The notes beneath the pieces are model-generated. The model did not search any database. It saw only the letters and a program-made list of their open reading frames with translations, and was not told the origin of the DNA. From Vicinamibacteria bacterium (GTDB taxonomy: Bacteria; Acidobacteriota; Vicinamibacteria; Marinacidobacterales; Marinacidobacteraceae), in the NCBI GenBank assembly GCA_965199715.1, contig OZ241322.1, positions 1,568,001-1,632,000 on the forward strand: a stretch of 64,000 bases of DNA, read 5' to 3'. Position 1 is the first letter of the stretch. Every line of letters begins with the position of its first letter. Positions 60,806 to 64,000 of the stretch are shown here, in pieces. Made by a program: the position numbers and the translations under genes.

Positions 60806-61317
60806 CGCCGCGATCCGCCGAGGCGGATCGTTTCCTCGCGGGGTTCACCTGGGACGGCTGGACCCCCACTGAGCGCGCCACGCTGCTGTTCGTGGTGGAG
60901 GCGGATCGCATCCTGCTCATCCGCAAGCATCGCGGGCTCGGCCAGGGCAAGCTGAACGGCCCCGGCGGCCGGCTGGAGCCCGGCGAGACCCCGGAACAGG
61001 CGGCGGTCCGCGAGGTTCAGGAGGAGATCGGGGTCACGCCGGTCGATCCCCGCTACGTCGGGAGTCTCGCCTTCCAGTTCGTGGACGGCTACGCGCTGCG
61101 GGTCTTCGTCTTCCGCGCCGGGTCGTTCCGGGGCGAGCTGCGCGCCACCGAGGAGGCGACCCCGCTGTGGACGCCGCTCGACTGCATCCCCTGGGACGAG
61201 ATGTGGGAGGACGACCGCTGGTGGCTGCCGCGGCTGATCGCCGGAACACCCTTCGAGGGACGCTTCGTGTTCGAAGGCGAAGCGCTCCTCGAGGGGGAGA
61301 TGCGCGACCCGGCCTGA
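60793..61317 (+). CDS. NUDIX hydrolase (MTH1/8-oxo-dGTPase-like)
   Basis: ATLLFV, KHRGLG, GGRLEPGETPEQAAVREVQEEIG, MWEDDRWWLP. Confidence 0.88.
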   Translation: MGRLTPRSAEADRFLAGFTWDGWTPTERATLLFVVEADRILLIRKHRGLGQGKLNGPGGRLEPGETPEQAAVREVQEEIGVTPVDPRYVGSLAFQFVDGYALRVFVFRAGSFRGELRATEEATPLWTPLDCIPWDEMWEDDRWWLPRLIAGTPFEGRFVFEGEALLEGEMRDPA

Positions 61318-61318
61318 C

Positions 61319-61405
61319 CTGAATCCCGGACTCGCGCCAGCGGTCCGTCAGTTTCCGGACGCGCGCCAGCGGTCCGTCAGTTTCCGGATTCGCGCCAGCG
61401 GTCCG
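61319..61405. repeat. Three tandem 29-bp repeats covering a gene 3' end
   Basis: Unit tcagtttccggaYKcgcgccagcggtccg at 61348 and 61377; degenerate copy at 61319. Confidence 0.85.
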
Positions 61406-64000
61406 GGTCCACCGGCTCGGAGAGGCCCTCGTTCACGCCGTCGAGCCCGTCGCCCAGAAGCTCGCCCAGCGTCTCGAGGTGGCCGTCCAGTTCGCCGGTC
61501 AACTCCTCGAACACGGCCCACGCGCCGTCGGTCGGCTTCGCGTCGCCGTTCTCGACGCTGCGCCGCAACGAGGCGAGGCGGTTGTTGAGCCGGATCGGGA
61601 AGTTCAGCGGATCCTGATTGCTGCGGTTCTGGGTCTGGTAGAGCGCTTCCTCGACTCCGGTCATGTCCTCGACAAGCTTCGCCCCCGAAGCGATGAGCCT
61701 CTGGTCGGAGGCCCCTTCCAGCCGCTCCTCGAGCTGGGCGCGCACGTCGCGGATCTGGATCACCGCCTCGTTGGCCCGGCTGGTCTGGTCCCGGATCTTG
61801 CTGGCCAGCTCGAACTGCTCCTCGAGATCGGCGGTCGTCACGCCCTTGAGCCGCGGGTCGGCGGTCCATTCGAACTCCACCGTCTCGCTCACGCCGGCGG
61901 CCGACACGGTCGCCCGGTACGTTCCCGGAGGCGCCTTGGGACCGTTCTCCGACCGCGCCGACCAGAGGATCATTCCCTCGAAGCCGACCGCGCCCCGATA
62001 CCGGCCGTTCCAGACGAAGCGGTTCAGCCCCCTCGCGGTCGTGGGGACCGTGGACCGGCGGGCGCGGAACCACGAGAAGTCGGGCGCGGCCTCGAAGTCG
62101 GGCTCGATCCCCTCGAAGCGATCGGCGAGCTCGCCGGAGGAGTCGTGGATCTCGACGACGACCTTCTCGACCTCCTCGGCGAGGTGGTACTGGATGATCG
62201 CGTCCTGAACCCCGCGGACCCCGGGCGCCGGGTCGAAGACCGCGAGGGTCGCGTTCGGGGTCGCCGCATCCATCTGCCGCAACGGCTCGATGTCGTCGAG
62301 GATCCAGAAGCCGCGCCCGTGGGTGCCGAGCACCACGTCGCCGCGGTGCACCACGAGATCGCGGATGGGCGTGTCCGGCAGGTTCAACTGGAGCGATTCC
62401 CAGCGGTCGCCGTCGTTCATCGAGAAGTACGCGCCGTGCTCGGTGCCGAGGAACAGCAGCCCCTCGCGCACCGGGTCCTCGCGCACCGCGCGGGCGAAGT
62501 GCCCGGACGCGACGCCCTCGACGATCTTCGTCCACGTCGCCCCGAAGTCGGTGGTCCGGTACACGTAGGGCTCGCGGTCGTCCACCTGGTAGCGGTTCGC
62601 CGCGAAGAACGCGGTTCCCTCCCGGTGCGGGGACTCGTCGATGATGCTCACCCGGCTGTACTTCGGCAGGTCGGGCGGCGTGATCTCGGTCCACGTCGCG
62701 CCGTGGTCGCGGGTGACATGGAGCAGGCCGTCGTCCGAACCGACCCAGATCGTGTCCGGGTCGTGCCGGGAAGGGACGACCGCGAAGATCGTGGCGTAGA
62801 TCTCCGGACCGTTCATGTCCATCGTGATCAGGCCGCCGGTCACGCCGAGCGTGTCCGGATCGGCGAGGGTCAGGTCGGGGCTGATCTTCGTCCACGACTG
62901 GCCGTCGTTCTCGGTGAAGTAGAGGAACTGGGAGCTGGTGTAGAGCCGGTTCTCGTCCAGCGGCGAGAACACGATCGGGAACGTCCATTGCCAGCGGTCC
63001 GGAAGCGCGCTCGCCGGCTCACCCGAGAAGAAGCGCGGATAGACTTGGATGTCGCGGATCTGCCCGTTCGAGCGGTCGTAGCGGGTGAGCAGCGCGCCTT
63101 GGCTCCCCGCGTAGAAGACGTCCAGGTTCGTGGGATGCTGGGTGATGTAGCCGCTCTCCCCGCCGCCTGCGTCGTAATACCAGCGGCTGCCCGGACCCCG
63201 CGCCTGCATGTGGTCCCAGCCATCGCTCGGCGTGCACAGCGTGGTGTTGTCCTGCTGGGCGCCGCAGACGTGGTACGGGAAGTCGTTCGTGACGTTCACG
63301 TGGTAGAGCTGCGCCGTCGAGTAGGCCTGACCGGTCCACGTCTCGCCGCCGTTCACGCTCACGTTCCCGCCGCCGTCGTTGGCGTTGCACATCCGCATCG
63401 GGTCGTTGGGGTCGATCCAGAGGTCGTGCTGGTCGCCGTGGGGCGGTCGCAGCACGATGTCGAAGGTCTCGCCGCCGTCCACCGACTTGTAGAAGCCGGT
63501 GTTCAGCGCGTACACCACGTCCTCGTCCACCGGATCGGCGTACACCCGGGAGTAGTAGAAGGCGCGCTGGCGCAGCTTCCGCTCGTCGTTCGTGAGCCGC
63601 CAGGTGGCGCCCCCGTCCTCGGAGCGGAAGACGCCGCCCTCGGGAGCCTCCACGATGGCCCAGACGCGATCCGGGTTCGCCGGCGAGACGGCGACTCCGA
63701 TCTTCCCGATCGGGCCCTCGGGCATGCCCGGGTTCGCGGTCAGCTCGGTCCAGGTGTCCCCGCCGTCGTCCGAGCGCCACAGGCCCGAATCGGGGCCGCC
63801 GCCCCACATCTTCCACGCCTTCCGGTACACCTGCCAGAGCGTCGCGTAGAGGATGTCCGGATTCGTGCGGTCGATGACGAGGTCGGCGGCGCCGGCCCGC
63901 GGGCTCTCGAAGAGCACTCGCTCCCACGTGTTTCCGCCGTCGGTGGAGCGGAACACGCCGCGTTCCTCGTTGTCGCCGTAGGGATGGCCGAGCGCCGCCA
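61377..64000 (-). CDS. VPS10/sortilin-like BNR-repeat protein (5' partial)
   Basis: Many Asp-boxes (RSTDGGNTW, RSDDGGDTW, KSVDGGETF), GAQQDN, GTHGRGFWILD. Confidence 0.9.
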   Translation of the reverse strand, partial: AALGHPYGDNEERGVFRSTDGGNTWERVLFESPRAGAADLVIDRTNPDILYATLWQVYRKAWKMWGGGPDSGLWRSDDGGDTWTELTANPGMPEGPIGKIGVAVSPANPDRVWAIVEAPEGGVFRSEDGGATWRLTNDERKLRQRAFYYSRVYADPVDEDVVYALNTGFYKSVDGGETFDIVLRPPHGDQHDLWIDPNDPMRMCNANDGGGNVSVNGGETWTGQAYSTAQLYHVNVTNDFPYHVCGAQQDNTTLCTPSDGWDHMQARGPGSRWYYDAGGGESGYITQHPTNLDVFYAGSQGALLTRYDRSNGQIRDIQVYPRFFSGEPASALPDRWQWTFPIVFSPLDENRLYTSSQFLYFTENDGQSWTKISPDLTLADPDTLGVTGGLITMDMNGPEIYATIFAVVPSRHDPDTIWVGSDDGLLHVTRDHGATWTEITPPDLPKYSRVSIIDESPHREGTAFFAANRYQVDDREPYVYRTTDFGATWTKIVEGVASGHFARAVREDPVREGLLFLGTEHGAYFSMNDGDRWESLQLNLPDTPIRDLVVHRGDVVLGTHGRGFWILDDIEPLRQMDAATPNATLAVFDPAPGVRGVQDAIIQYHLAEEVEKVVVEIHDSSGELADRFEGIEPDFEAAPDFSWFRARRSTVPTTARGLNRFVWNGRYRGAVGFEGMILWSARSENGPKAPPGTYRATVSAAGVSETVEFEWTADPRLKGVTTADLEEQFELASKIRDQTSRANEAVIQIRDVRAQLEERLEGASDQRLIASGAKLVEDMTGVEEALYQTQNRSNQDPLNFPIRLNNRLASLRRSVENGDAKPTDGAWAVFEELTGELDGHLETLGELLGDGLDGVNEGLSEPVDPDRWRESGN

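Noticed and set aside
61319-61405. CRISPR array
   Set aside because: Adjacent repeats with no spacers and no cas genes

Overview
High-GC bacterial chromosomal window. Gene content (Oar-type TonB receptor, VPS10/BNR protein, ASPIC/UnbV FG-GAP protein, Rieske/cyt b6/multiheme-oxidase operon) suggests Acidobacteriota; this is an inference. In order: a His-rich ZnuD-like TonB receptor and two TonB remnants; a Tat-exported PLP lyase, amidohydrolase, YcsG/Nramp-like transporter and MacB-type ABC pair; a ~1 kb scar of decayed defence genes (MmeI-like N-terminus, COG4185/zeta-like ATPase); a ~10 kb Rieske-cyt b6-subunit IV-octaheme cyt c-aa3 oxidase operon; trpDCFBA with a candidate leader-peptide attenuator, followed by an apparently catalytically dead DAHP synthase homolog; four tandem Cys-stapled secreted TPR paralogs; ABC-F; an AhpD-like selenoprotein (in-frame TGA plus bacterial SECIS) truncated in the ORF track; rnhA, PhzF, two amidases, a sigma-70 factor, SurA-like/TamAB, acyl-CoA carboxylase, transaldolase, hslVU, ECF-like sigma, glycerate kinase, AIM24, NUDIX and a partial VPS10 protein. 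No tRNA, rRNA, CRISPR array or intact mobile element was seen. All assignments are motif recognition by eye; no database searches were run.
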